Below are positions 1 to 7,215 of a stretch of 41,000 bases of DNA, piece after piece. How positions within the stretch are numbered: the first letter of the stretch is position 1; each line of letters opens with the position of its first letter. The notes under the pieces are model-generated. The model searched no databases and was not told where the DNA came from. It was given only the letters and a program-made list of their open reading frames with translations. The translations under genes were made by a program, and so were the position numbers. The DNA is from Acidobacteriota bacterium. Its GTDB lineage: Bacteria; Acidobacteriota; UBA6911. Where the stretch lies: NCBI GenBank assembly GCA_050010475.1, contig JBEKKY010000011.1, positions 1-41,000 on the forward strand, read 5' to 3'.

Positions 1-126
1 ATAATACTTGGCTTGGACGGGCTTCTGGTGAACAGGCTGCTGTGTTTCTGCGGGAACGACCTGACATTCCGGGAATTCAAAATCTCCAGAGATCCCGAGT
101 GCCGGATCTGCGGGAAAAGGAAATAA
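1..126 (+). CDS. C-terminal fragment of a ThiF/MoeB/HesA-family adenylyltransferase (partial, continues left of window)
   Basis: Frame 1 is open from base 1 to TAA at 124-126. The tail ...LLCFCGNDLTFREFKISRDPECRICGKRK ends with a CxxC pair like the C-terminal zinc site of MoeB/ThiF-type enzymes. Only 41 codons are visible. Confidence 0.4.
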   Translation: MILGLDGLLVNRLLCFCGNDLTFREFKISRDPECRICGKRK

Positions 127-135
127 GGCCGCAAC

Positions 136-199
136 AATCGGGGTCGGGGTCGGTATCGGATCAATTCCTTTTCGACCCCGATTCCAATACCGACCCCGA
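136..199. repeat. Imperfect hairpin with hexamer-periodic arms (NNTCGG family, copy 1)
   Basis: Left arm is AATCGG GGTCGG GGTCGG TATCGG A (136-160). Right arm is TCGACC CCGATT CCAATA CCGACC CCGA (172-199). The first 25 nt are identical to the copy starting at 18222. It lies between convergent gene ends. Confidence 0.8.
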
Positions 200-210
200 A
201 AAAATAAAAG

Positions 211-522
211 CTACTTAAGGGATACCACGTGATCCGCGAGTGCCTTTGCCTGATCTTCATTGAGCCCGGTGACAGGATTGTTGTGCGGAAACTTCTTTCC
301 GGCCTCGCCCTTGGTGAGGTATTCAACGATCTTGTCCGCAGTCATCTTGGTGCCCTTGACGGCCGGCATTTTTACTGCGGGCTTGCCCTGTCCTTCATCG
401 CCATGGCAAGCGGCGCACTTAGATTTGAAAAGCGCGGCGCCATCTTCAGCGGCCCACAACGATAACGGGGCTGCAACAAGCATTACCAAAACCATTACAA
501 TACAAACATTCTTCATTGCCAT
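211..522 (-). CDS. Secreted mono-haem class I c-type cytochrome
   Basis: 103-aa ORF with an N-terminal signal peptide (…APLSLWAAE) and a single CAACH haem-binding motif. A downstream Met (KMPAV) is the likely axial ligand. Size is typical of a small soluble cytochrome c. Confidence 0.85.
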   Translation of the reverse strand: MAMKNVCIVMVLVMLVAAPLSLWAAEDGAALFKSKCAACHGDEGQGKPAVKMPAVKGTKMTADKIVEYLTKGEAGKKFPHNNPVTGLNEDQAKALADHVVSLK

Positions 523-722
523 ACTCCTGAAAAGTTATGTAAACGTCAACACGCATAAGAAAAATACTTTATGAATTCCCGGATGACAACAACTTTTCGC
601 AATGACTGCTCTATTTCCTCCCATCGCCTTCTTCCTCCTCTTCGTGCTCCGAACCCCAGTCTGCTGCAAAACCAGCCTCCAAAGCATGCGGCAGAAGAGA
701 TTTCGATAAGGGCTGAAGAGAT

Positions 723-783
723 GCCACGGATTACGCGGATTGTCGCAGATTTGAATCCGTGATCATTCGGCGAATCCGTGGCG
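723..783. repeat. Imperfect hairpin, degenerate CACGGATT-family copy
   Basis: The outer 10 bp are perfect (GCCACGGATT 723-732 / AATCCGTGGC 773-782). The inner arms are degenerate CGGATT-type units, and a T6 run follows. It sits immediately 3' of the aminotransferase stop (799-801, minus strand). Confidence 0.75.
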
Positions 784-798
784 TTTTTTCTTTTGGTC

Positions 799-1980
799 TT
801 ATGCCAGGAGGCCCTGGTGCTTCTGCAGAGCGCGGCCAAAGGCAGGCAGCGATCGTACGATCGTCTCGCGCGGGACCGTAAGCGACAGCCGAATGTAACC
901 GCCGCGCCCGAAACCTCTGCCGGGCACCGCCAGAACCCCTTCTTCCTGGAGAAGCCGCGAAAAAGCAACGTCATCCGAAATGGGGGTTTTGAGGAAAATG
1001 TAAAAAGCACCCTGGGGTTTGCGAACCTCGTAGCCGAGTTCTGCCAAACCGCTGCACATGAGGTCGCGCTTTTCCTGATAGGCAACCAGATCCGTCATTT
1101 CTTCCGGCGCTTCGGCCACCACATGCTGCCAGATTGCAGGTGCGTTGATGTATCCCAGAATGCGGTTCGTGAAATTGCATGCGTTTGACAATGCCTCCGC
1201 ATCGGGAATTCTGGGCGAAATTGCCAGATATCCAATGCGCTCGCCGGCAAGCGCCCATGTCTTTGACCATGAAGTGGTAATGATGCAGTTGGAGATGATG
1301 GAAGCCATTTCCGGGCATTTCGCTCCATCATAAACAATTGACTTATAGGGCTCGTCGCTCAGCACGACAATCCTATGGCCAGCCCGTTGCAGCATCGATT
1401 CCAGATTCCGTAAAACGGATTCCGAATAGATCACGCCGGTTGGATTATTGGGCGAATTAAGGATAATGGCCTTGGTGCGCGGCGTAATCTTCGATTCAAT
1501 CGCGGGCACATTGATCGAAAATTCATCGTCGGTTTCAACGGGGACCATTTGTCCACCGTAATTGGTAATATAAAACTGATAATCGGGGAAGAACGGCATC
1601 AGCACGATGATTTCATCTCCCGGATCAAGGATGGCCTTCAACGCAGCATTCATCGCCCCTGCGCAGCCGACCGTCATCAGTACGTGATTCTCGGTATATT
1701 CGACGCCGGTGTCCCGCCGCAGACGCTGTGCGACCACTTTCCGTGTGGCAGGATATCCGGAATTCGGCATATACCCGTGAGAGCCCGGCGCATTCAGCTC
1801 AGCGAGGCGCCGGAATGTGGCCATTACGCCCGGAGGCGGGTCCTCGGCCGGATTGCCGAGCGAGAAATCGAAAACGTTTTCTGCGCCACGCTCGGCTTTC
1901 AATCGGATGCCTTCTTCAAACATCCTGCGGATCCAGGACGAGCGCTCGAGTTGCTGGGTTATGACATTGGCGACGGTCAT
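799..1980 (-). CDS. PLP-dependent class I/II aminotransferase (AspC/AlaA-like; substrate not assignable)
   Basis: Motifs SPNNPTG and SWSKTWALAGERIGY (PLP-lysine) are present. The ORF track extends to 2046, but those 22 extra codons run through the 2027-2098 hairpin. The ATG at 1978-1980 is preceded by AAGGAG at 6 nt spacing, so I place the start at 1980. Confidence 0.9.
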   Translation of the reverse strand: MTVANVITQQLERSSWIRRMFEEGIRLKAERGAENVFDFSLGNPAEDPPPGVMATFRRLAELNAPGSHGYMPNSGYPATRKVVAQRLRRDTGVEYTENHVLMTVGCAGAMNAALKAILDPGDEIIVLMPFFPDYQFYITNYGGQMVPVETDDEFSINVPAIESKITPRTKAIILNSPNNPTGVIYSESVLRNLESMLQRAGHRIVVLSDEPYKSIVYDGAKCPEMASIISNCIITTSWSKTWALAGERIGYLAISPRIPDAEALSNACNFTNRILGYINAPAIWQHVVAEAPEEMTDLVAYQEKRDLMCSGLAELGYEVRKPQGAFYIFLKTPISDDVAFSRLLQEEGVLAVPGRGFGRGGYIRLSLTVPRETIVRSLPAFGRALQKHQGLLA

Positions 1981-2026
1981 CGGGAACTCCTTTATTTGGG
2001 CGGCCAATTTTATCGCAATAATTCGG

Positions 2027-2098
2027 AAAAACGCCACGGATTTCACGGATTATCACTGATTTAGAATCTGTGGAATCCGTGAAATCCGTGGCGTTTTT
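2027..2098. repeat. Near-perfect ~33-bp hairpin, CACGGATT family, flanked by A5 and T5
   Basis: AAAAACGCCACGGATTTCACGGATTATCACTGATT - TAGA - ATCTGTGGAATCCGTGAAATCCGTGGCGTTTTT. The first 30 nt are identical to 38100-38129. It lies between the divergent starts of the aminotransferase (1980) and cbiM (2151). Confidence 0.9.
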
Positions 2099-2113
2099 GC
2101 TGCTTTTTTGCTG

Positions 2114-2143
2114 CTGTCATTAACGTCCCGATTGGTCTACAAT
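2114..2143 (+). promoter_or_regulatory. Candidate sigma70-type promoter for cbiM (CTGTCA-N18-TACAAT)
   Basis: TACAAT at 2138-2143 ends 7 nt before the cbiM ATG (2151). No Shine-Dalgarno is visible in TCCGCGG, which is compatible with a leaderless transcript. The -35 element is weak (4/6). This rests on motif reading only. Confidence 0.3.
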
Positions 2144-2150
2144 TCCGCGG

Positions 2151-3056
2151 ATGCATATACCGGATGGCTTTTTAACGAATCGCATTGCGGGTTCCCTGGA
2201 TGTCGTATCCGGTGCAACCATCCTCTATGCGGCCCGGCGGGTTAAGGTGGATTTCTCCGGCCGCATGGTCCCTGTTATGGGAGTTCTTGCTGCATTCGTT
2301 TTCGCCGCACAGATGCTCAATTTTCCGATCTTGGGGGGGACATCGGGCCACCTGGTCGGAGGCACTTTGCTCGCCATACTGCTGGGACCGATTGCCGGCT
2401 TCCTAACCATGTCAACTGTGGTCATCGCCCAGGCACTGTTTCTGCAGGACGGGGGCCTCGTCGCCCTGGGAGCGAATGTCTTCAATATCTGCGCCGTCAC
2501 CTGCTTCAGCGGCTATGCGATCTTCAGGTCCCTGGGCGGAGGATCGTCCGGCGGTAAACGGCTGGCCTTGATCGGATTCATCGCCGGATGGGCTTCACTG
2601 CTATTCTCTTCCGCCTGCTGCGCGCTCGAAATAGGGATATCCGGAGCGATCCCGTTGCGCATCGGATTGAGCACAATGGTGGGCTACCACATGGTAGTCG
2701 GAATTATCGAAGGCATGCTGACCGCCGGTGTCCTGACCTTTCTGTTCAAGGTGCGTCCGGACTTAATGAAGATCAACGGACCCGGCCGCTTTGGACTCGC
2801 GGACTGGGTTGGCTCCGTCGTTTTGGTCGTTATTCCCTTTACGATTTTGGTGTTGGCCGGAAGCTCCAAGCTCCCCGACCCGCTGGAAAAGCTTCTCGCG
2901 GTTTCGCCGCTGTTCCCGACCGGCGCCGGAGCGGACAGGCTGTATTCGAGCACACGGTATATGGACTACTTGATCCGGGCCGCTGTTTTTGTCGTTCTGA
3001 TTGGCCTCGGCATTCTCGCCGGTTTCCTGGGCAGGCGCAGGAGCAGCCGGCCATGA
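2151..3056 (+). CDS. cbiM: ECF transporter substrate-capture component CbiM/NikM with a C-terminal PDGLE-like extension
   Basis: The N-terminus MHIPDGFL is the hallmark CbiM/NikM metal-binding terminus. The protein is polytopic. About 80 extra C-terminal residues contain LPDPLEKLL plus one more TM helix, resembling the PDGLE domain often fused to CbiM. The stop overlaps the next start (ATGA at 3053-3056). Co versus Ni cannot be assigned. Confidence 0.88.
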   Translation: MHIPDGFLTNRIAGSLDVVSGATILYAARRVKVDFSGRMVPVMGVLAAFVFAAQMLNFPILGGTSGHLVGGTLLAILLGPIAGFLTMSTVVIAQALFLQDGGLVALGANVFNICAVTCFSGYAIFRSLGGGSSGGKRLALIGFIAGWASLLFSSACCALEIGISGAIPLRIGLSTMVGYHMVVGIIEGMLTAGVLTFLFKVRPDLMKINGPGRFGLADWVGSVVLVVIPFTILVLAGSSKLPDPLEKLLAVSPLFPTGAGADRLYSSTRYMDYLIRAAVFVVLIGLGILAGFLGRRRSSRP

Positions 3057-3760
3057 GACACAATTTTATCGATCGTTATGCTGCTCTCGACTCGCCCCTG
3101 CACGTGCTGGAGCCTAGAACAAAACTCCTGGGATTTACCGCGCTGATTGTGGCTGTCCTGTGTATTCCCTTGGACAAGGGACGCTTGTTTATTGCGTATT
3201 TCTTCGCCGCTGCCATCCTGATGGGCATTTCGCAGATTCCGCTCGGTTACATCCTGGGACGCACTCTCGTCATTTTGCCATTTATTGTGCTTGCGAGCCT
3301 GGCGGCGCCCTGGAAGGGGTACGCGGGAATCGGATTTCTGTTCGTCCGGGCGGTTCTGTGCCTGATGATGCTGATATTGTTGACGAATACGACCCGATTT
3401 GTCGAACTTTTGCGCGGATTGCGGAAATTGGGTTGTCCTCAAATCCTTGTAATGAACCTGGGCTTTCTCTACCGGTATCTTTTCGTCCTTACGGAAGAGG
3501 CAATGCGGATGAAACAGGCGCGGGATTGCCGGCGGGTAGGGCGAGCCCCGTTCAGGGAAGAGCTGAAAATTCTCAGTTCGATGATGGGAACTCTCCTGAT
3601 CCGCTCATTCGAACGGGCCGAGAGAATGCATTCCGCCATGTTGTCCCGCGGCTATACCGGCGATTTCCCGGTGGTTTCGCCGAAAAAATTTTCGTGGCAT
3701 GATTTTCTTTTTCTGGACGGCGTGACGCTTTTCATTGCTTTGACTTTTGTCCTGCGTTGA
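3053..3760 (+). CDS. cbiQ: ECF transporter transmembrane (T) component CbiQ/EcfT
   Basis: Starts MRHNFIDRYAALDSPLH at an ATG overlapping the cbiM stop. It is polytopic and carries the coupling-helix motifs QARDCR and AMLSRGY typical of CbiQ. The longer ORF 2588..3760 is an out-of-frame overlap with cbiM. Confidence 0.85.
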   Translation: MRHNFIDRYAALDSPLHVLEPRTKLLGFTALIVAVLCIPLDKGRLFIAYFFAAAILMGISQIPLGYILGRTLVILPFIVLASLAAPWKGYAGIGFLFVRAVLCLMMLILLTNTTRFVELLRGLRKLGCPQILVMNLGFLYRYLFVLTEEAMRMKQARDCRRVGRAPFREELKILSSMMGTLLIRSFERAERMHSAMLSRGYTGDFPVVSPKKFSWHDFLFLDGVTLFIALTFVLR

Positions 3761-3766
3761 AGTGAT

Positions 3767-4525
3767 ATGGCTGACTATGCGGTTCGAATCACTCGGCTGA
3801 GCTACACATACCCCGACGGAACAAAGGCGCTGGAAGGGATCGACCTCGATGTGCGCTGCGGAGAGCGGATCGCGATTGTCGGGCCAAGCGGGGCGGGAAA
3901 ATCCACCTTGCTCCTGCACCTGAACGGCGTCCTGTCCGGAACCGGATCCGTGAAGATCATGGGATCGGATTTGGAACCGTCGAACCTCCAGCGGATCCGG
4001 AAACAGGTGGGACTATTGTTTCAAGATCCCAACGATCAGTTGTTCTGCCCGACGGTTTTCGAGGATGTTGCATTCGGCCCACTGAATCTCGATGTACCGG
4101 CCGTTGAGATTTCCAGTCGAGTTGACAAAGCGCTGCTTGATTCCGGCCTGGATCGATCCTTTCGTTCCCGCTCCTCGCATCATCTGAGCCTGGGGGAGCG
4201 CAGGCGGGTTTCCCTTGCGGCAGTATTGGCGATGGAACCGGCGATTTTGGGAATGGATGAACCGACAAGCAACCTGGACCCCCGAAACCGCCATCATCTG
4301 ATCGAAGTTGTCTCCGGCCTTAGCGCAACCCTGATCATCGCAACCCACGATCTGGAGCTTGTGCTGGATGTCTGCTCGAGAACGGTTCTCATGGATCACG
4401 GCAAAATATGGGCTGATGGTGAAACCCGCTCCATGCTTTCGGATGCCGAGCTGATGGGGAAGCACGGTCTGGAGGTGCCCTTAAGTTTGAGGTCAAAAAA
4501 TTCGAGATTCGAGATTCGAGATTAA
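3767..4525 (+). CDS. cbiO: ECF transporter ATPase CbiO
   Basis: Walker A GPSGAGKST, signature LSLGERRRV and Walker B ILGMDEP are present. The gene directly follows cbiQ. The last 8 codons (NSRFEIRD) and the stop lie inside the left arm of the 4499-4572 hairpin. Confidence 0.9.
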   Translation: MADYAVRITRLSYTYPDGTKALEGIDLDVRCGERIAIVGPSGAGKSTLLLHLNGVLSGTGSVKIMGSDLEPSNLQRIRKQVGLLFQDPNDQLFCPTVFEDVAFGPLNLDVPAVEISSRVDKALLDSGLDRSFRSRSSHHLSLGERRRVSLAAVLAMEPAILGMDEPTSNLDPRNRHHLIEVVSGLSATLIIATHDLELVLDVCSRTVLMDHGKIWADGETRSMLSDAELMGKHGLEVPLSLRSKNSRFEIRD

Positions 4526-4572
4526 CTGCCAATCTGCTGATTTCTCAATCTCGAATTCCGAATCTCGAATCT
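4499..4572. repeat. Hairpin with heptamer-periodic arms (TTCGAGA family, copy 1)
   Basis: Left arm is AATTCGAGATTCGAGATTCGAGATT (4499-4523). Right arm is AATCTCGAATTCCGAATCTCGAATCT (4547-4572). The loop is 23 nt. Confidence 0.85.
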
Positions 4573-4580
4573 TAACGCCT

Positions 4581-5195
4581 ATGTCGTTCATGATTCCGGC
4601 CGGAGCCGTTCAACTTGAAGCGCAGCTTCGCGAGCCCAAGCAAGGCCTTCGGGGTGCCGTTGCCGTCTGTCATCCCCATCCTGTTTATGGGGGAACCATG
4701 GATAACCGCGTGGTGTACCGCGCAGCCAAAGCAGCTGCCGACGCGGGCTATGCAGCTCTGCGATTTAATTTTCGAGGTGCAGGCCGGAGCTCAGGCCAGT
4801 TCGACCAGGGTTTGGGAGAAAAAGAGGACGCAGCAGCCGCGATACACTGGCTGGAGAATCGGTATCCCGCTCTGGATTTGGCTGTAATCGGGTATTCATT
4901 CGGCGCCTGGGTCGGGCTGGAGGCCGGCCATTCCGTGCCGCGCATCAAAGCGCTCGTCGGGTTGGGGCTTCCTTTAAACATGTATGATTTTGGTTTTTTG
5001 CTTTCGAATCCAAAGCCGGCTCTTTACATAATCGGAACGAACGATGAGTTCTGCTCCCTGGAAAATCTGGATCGCTTTGCAGACCGGCTTCCATCAACTT
5101 CATCCGTGCACCGGATCGAGGGAAGCGATCATTTCTTCGCCGGCCATCTTGAATCCGTTCAAACGCTTGTTACCGGATTTTTGAGCAGTTTGTGA
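4581..5195 (+). CDS. Small alpha/beta-fold hydrolase (COG2945-like)
   Basis: 204 aa with the nucleophile elbow GYSFGAW, candidate acid NDEF, and His in GSDHFF. The length and layout match the short single-domain alpha/beta hydrolases. Confidence 0.75.
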   Translation: MSFMIPAGAVQLEAQLREPKQGLRGAVAVCHPHPVYGGTMDNRVVYRAAKAAADAGYAALRFNFRGAGRSSGQFDQGLGEKEDAAAAIHWLENRYPALDLAVIGYSFGAWVGLEAGHSVPRIKALVGLGLPLNMYDFGFLLSNPKPALYIIGTNDEFCSLENLDRFADRLPSTSSVHRIEGSDHFFAGHLESVQTLVTGFLSSL

Positions 5196-5247
5196 CCCTG
5201 AGGTTAAAATTCTTTCTGGGGCGTTCTCAAGAGCCGCTGAATAAATA

Positions 5248-5334
5248 CATGTGGGGGCGGCTCTCCAGAGCCGTCCTACCCGGACCATGATAAGACTGAA
5301 AGGCCGGACGGGTCTGGAGACCCGTCCGCACATG
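5248..5334. repeat. GC-rich composite palindrome (two self-complementary modules that also pair with each other)
   Basis: CATGTGGGGGCGGCTCTCCAGAGCCGTCC (5248-5276) pairs with GGACGGGTCTGGAGACCCGTCCGCACATG (5306-5334). Each half also folds on itself: GGCGGCTCT-CC-AGAGCCGTCC and GGACGGGTCT-GG-AGACCCGTCC. Confidence 0.8.
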
Positions 5335-5348
5335 TGGTACGCGGACCT

Positions 5349-6311
5349 ATGAACAAAGTGATTATTACCGCACTGCTCTCGCTCATGATTTGGATGAGTG
5401 CTCCACTTTTCGGCGCCCCGCTCCGGTTCGAGAAAGTGAGCGAGCATTGCTACTATCTGCAGCTCAAGGGAGGAGGGGAAAACGTTTTCGCTGTCGTTAC
5501 GGATGAAGGAATTCTGATTGTAAATCCGCCGTCGGAACCGGATCTGTCGGCTACCGTGGATGCGTTGAGGCGTCTGAGTACCAAAGCCGTACGCTGGGTC
5601 GCATTCTCCGGTCCCCGCGCTGTCCGTTCCGGGGGAGCGCGTTTCTTCTCCGAACAGGGTGCGATGCTTTTGGCCGGCGCCCAGCTCCGCTCCATATCAA
5701 CGTCGATCCCGGGAACCGATGCCAAAGGGCCGGTTGCACCCGGCAACAGTTCCAGCGAACCGCCTTCATTCCCCTGGCTCATTTTCGACCATCAGATGCA
5801 TCTGTTTCCGCAAAACCTGGAGATACGGATAACAGCGCTTCAACACAAAGCGCAAACAGGCGGCGATGTGGTTGTGTACGTTCCTGCCGAGAAGGTCCTT
5901 TTCGTTGGAGGACTCTATGAAGCGGCGCGCTATCCCGACATTGACACCGAGGCAAAAGGAGATGTAGCCGATTGGATCGACGGCCTGAAGCAGGTCGTTG
6001 ATTCCATTCCCGTGCTGAAACCTGCCATCCCGCAAACCAAAGCAGAAAGCAAAACGGCGGCTGAGAAGACATTGGAAGAAGGAATTGCGGTGATATCCGC
6101 GCGCGGCGAAGTCTCGAATTTTCAGAATATGAAAGATCTGCTGAGCGCCTGTCAAAAGCTCCGTGCCGACATCTCGAAATCGATCAAGGCCGGACGCAGC
6201 TGCGAGGATTTTCTGAGTTCATCCCGAACCGATATTTATCGTACCTACTCCAATTTCGACCCCTACGCCGGAAAGTTATGCGAATCCTTATCAGCCGGTG
6301 CTGATAAATAG
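5349..6311 (+). CDS. Secreted metallo-beta-lactamase-fold-like protein lacking the HxHxDH metal ligands
   Basis: A signal peptide follows MNKVIITALLSLMIWMSAPLFGAP. The strand pattern VFAVVTDEGILIVNPP ... VAFSGPRAVRSGGARFF ... GGDVVVYVPAEKVLFVGGLY parallels the MBL fold. The positions expected to hold HxHxDH and the later GD instead read SGPRAV and GG. An alternative GTG start is at 5334. Confidence 0.55.
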   Translation: MNKVIITALLSLMIWMSAPLFGAPLRFEKVSEHCYYLQLKGGGENVFAVVTDEGILIVNPPSEPDLSATVDALRRLSTKAVRWVAFSGPRAVRSGGARFFSEQGAMLLAGAQLRSISTSIPGTDAKGPVAPGNSSSEPPSFPWLIFDHQMHLFPQNLEIRITALQHKAQTGGDVVVYVPAEKVLFVGGLYEAARYPDIDTEAKGDVADWIDGLKQVVDSIPVLKPAIPQTKAESKTAAEKTLEEGIAVISARGEVSNFQNMKDLLSACQKLRADISKSIKAGRSCEDFLSSSRTDIYRTYSNFDPYAGKLCESLSAGADK

Positions 6312-6367
6312 ATTCGAAATTCGAGATTAAATCCCAATTTCGAATCTCGAATTTCGAATCTCGAATC
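6311..6367. repeat. Hairpin with heptamer-periodic arms (TTCGAGA/TTCGAAA family, copy 2)
   Basis: GATTCGAAATTCGAGATT - AAATCCC - AATTTCGAATCTCGAATTTCGAATCTCGAATC. It begins at the last base of the upstream stop codon and ends 8 nt before the xth RBS (GAGGAGG). Confidence 0.85.
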
Positions 6368-6382
6368 AAAAGAGGAGGCTCA

Positions 6383-7132
6383 ATGAAAATCGCGACATGG
6401 AATGTAAATGGAATCCGTGCCCGACAGAGCCAGGTACTTGAATGGATCGGCAGCGATCAACCCGACATAATCTGCCTGCAGGAAATCAAGGCTTCCCGCG
6501 AACAGATTCCCGAATCTCTCTGTGAAATGGCGGGATACTGGTGCTATTGGCATGGGGAGCGTGCATACTCCGGCGTTGGCCTTCATATTCGCCGCGAAAT
6601 CGCCCCGGATCCGCCGCGGTTCGAACACCCCGATTTTGATCACGAGACCCGCATCGTGACTGTGCGCCTCGGGAACATGGTGATCGGTTCCGTTTACGTC
6701 CCAAATGGGGGAAAGGATTTCGCTGCAAAGATGCGGTTTCTCGAAGCCATGGAGGGCTATGCGATCTCTTGCCGCGCCCAGGGGCTCGATCTAATTCTCT
6801 GCGGTGACATGAATGTCACCCGCACCGATCGCGACGTCCATCCCAAAGAACGCAAACCCAACATCATCGGCCAGCGCCCGGATGAGAGGGAGCTGTTCGA
6901 GCGCGTCATCGCGAATGGAGGTATGGTAGACGTGGGGCGAGCCATGGATCCTGACAACGACGAGCTCTTCACGTGGTGGCCTCCCTGGCGCAACATGCGC
7001 CAGAGAAATATCGGATGGCGATTGGACTACATTCTGGCGAGTCAACCGGTGGCGGCGCGGGTAACGCAGTGTATTGTGCTTGCTCAGCTCGGGACCAGCG
7101 ATCATGCTCCCGTCGTCGCAGTGATCCCGTGA
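6383..7132 (+). CDS. xth: Exodeoxyribonuclease III (AP endonuclease)
   Basis: MKIATWNVNGIRAR N-terminus, QEIK, and C-terminal SDHAPV. It is 249 aa, with a strong RBS (AGAGGAGG) upstream. Confidence 0.93.
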   Translation: MKIATWNVNGIRARQSQVLEWIGSDQPDIICLQEIKASREQIPESLCEMAGYWCYWHGERAYSGVGLHIRREIAPDPPRFEHPDFDHETRIVTVRLGNMVIGSVYVPNGGKDFAAKMRFLEAMEGYAISCRAQGLDLILCGDMNVTRTDRDVHPKERKPNIIGQRPDERELFERVIANGGMVDVGRAMDPDNDELFTWWPPWRNMRQRNIGWRLDYILASQPVAARVTQCIVLAQLGTSDHAPVVAVIP

Positions 7133-7215
7133 AAAAAGGGACGCCACCCTATTTCGCCCTATCAGCATCGGTTAAAGGGACTGCAAGCAGGCGAAATAGG
7201 GTGGCGTCCCTTTTT
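7133..7215. terminator. 26-bp perfect inverted repeat, candidate bidirectional terminator between convergent xth and alr
   Basis: AAAAAGGGACGCCACCCTATTTCGCC (7133-7158) is the exact reverse complement of 7190-7215. The loop is 31 nt. A- and T-runs sit at the two outer ends. The right arm contains the alr stop codon (7214-7216). Confidence 0.75.

Noticed and set aside
1981-2046. 22-codon N-terminal extension of the aminotransferase ORF
   Set aside because: The extension reads through the 2027-2098 hairpin and has no RBS. The internal ATG at 1980 has a good AAGGAG RBS and gives a normal N-terminus.
2099-2150. Cobalamin or NiCo riboswitch upstream of cbiM
   Set aside because: Only ~50 nt are available after the hairpin. 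I see no B12-box-like sequence or multi-stem architecture. An Rfam scan would be decisive, but nothing in the sequence supports the call.
2588-3052. Long N-terminal extension of the cbiQ ORF (ORF track 2588..3760)
   Set aside because: The extension overlaps cbiM out of frame and translates to Arg/Pro-rich nonsense. The ATG at 3053 overlaps the cbiM stop (ATGA) and begins the conserved CbiQ sequence.
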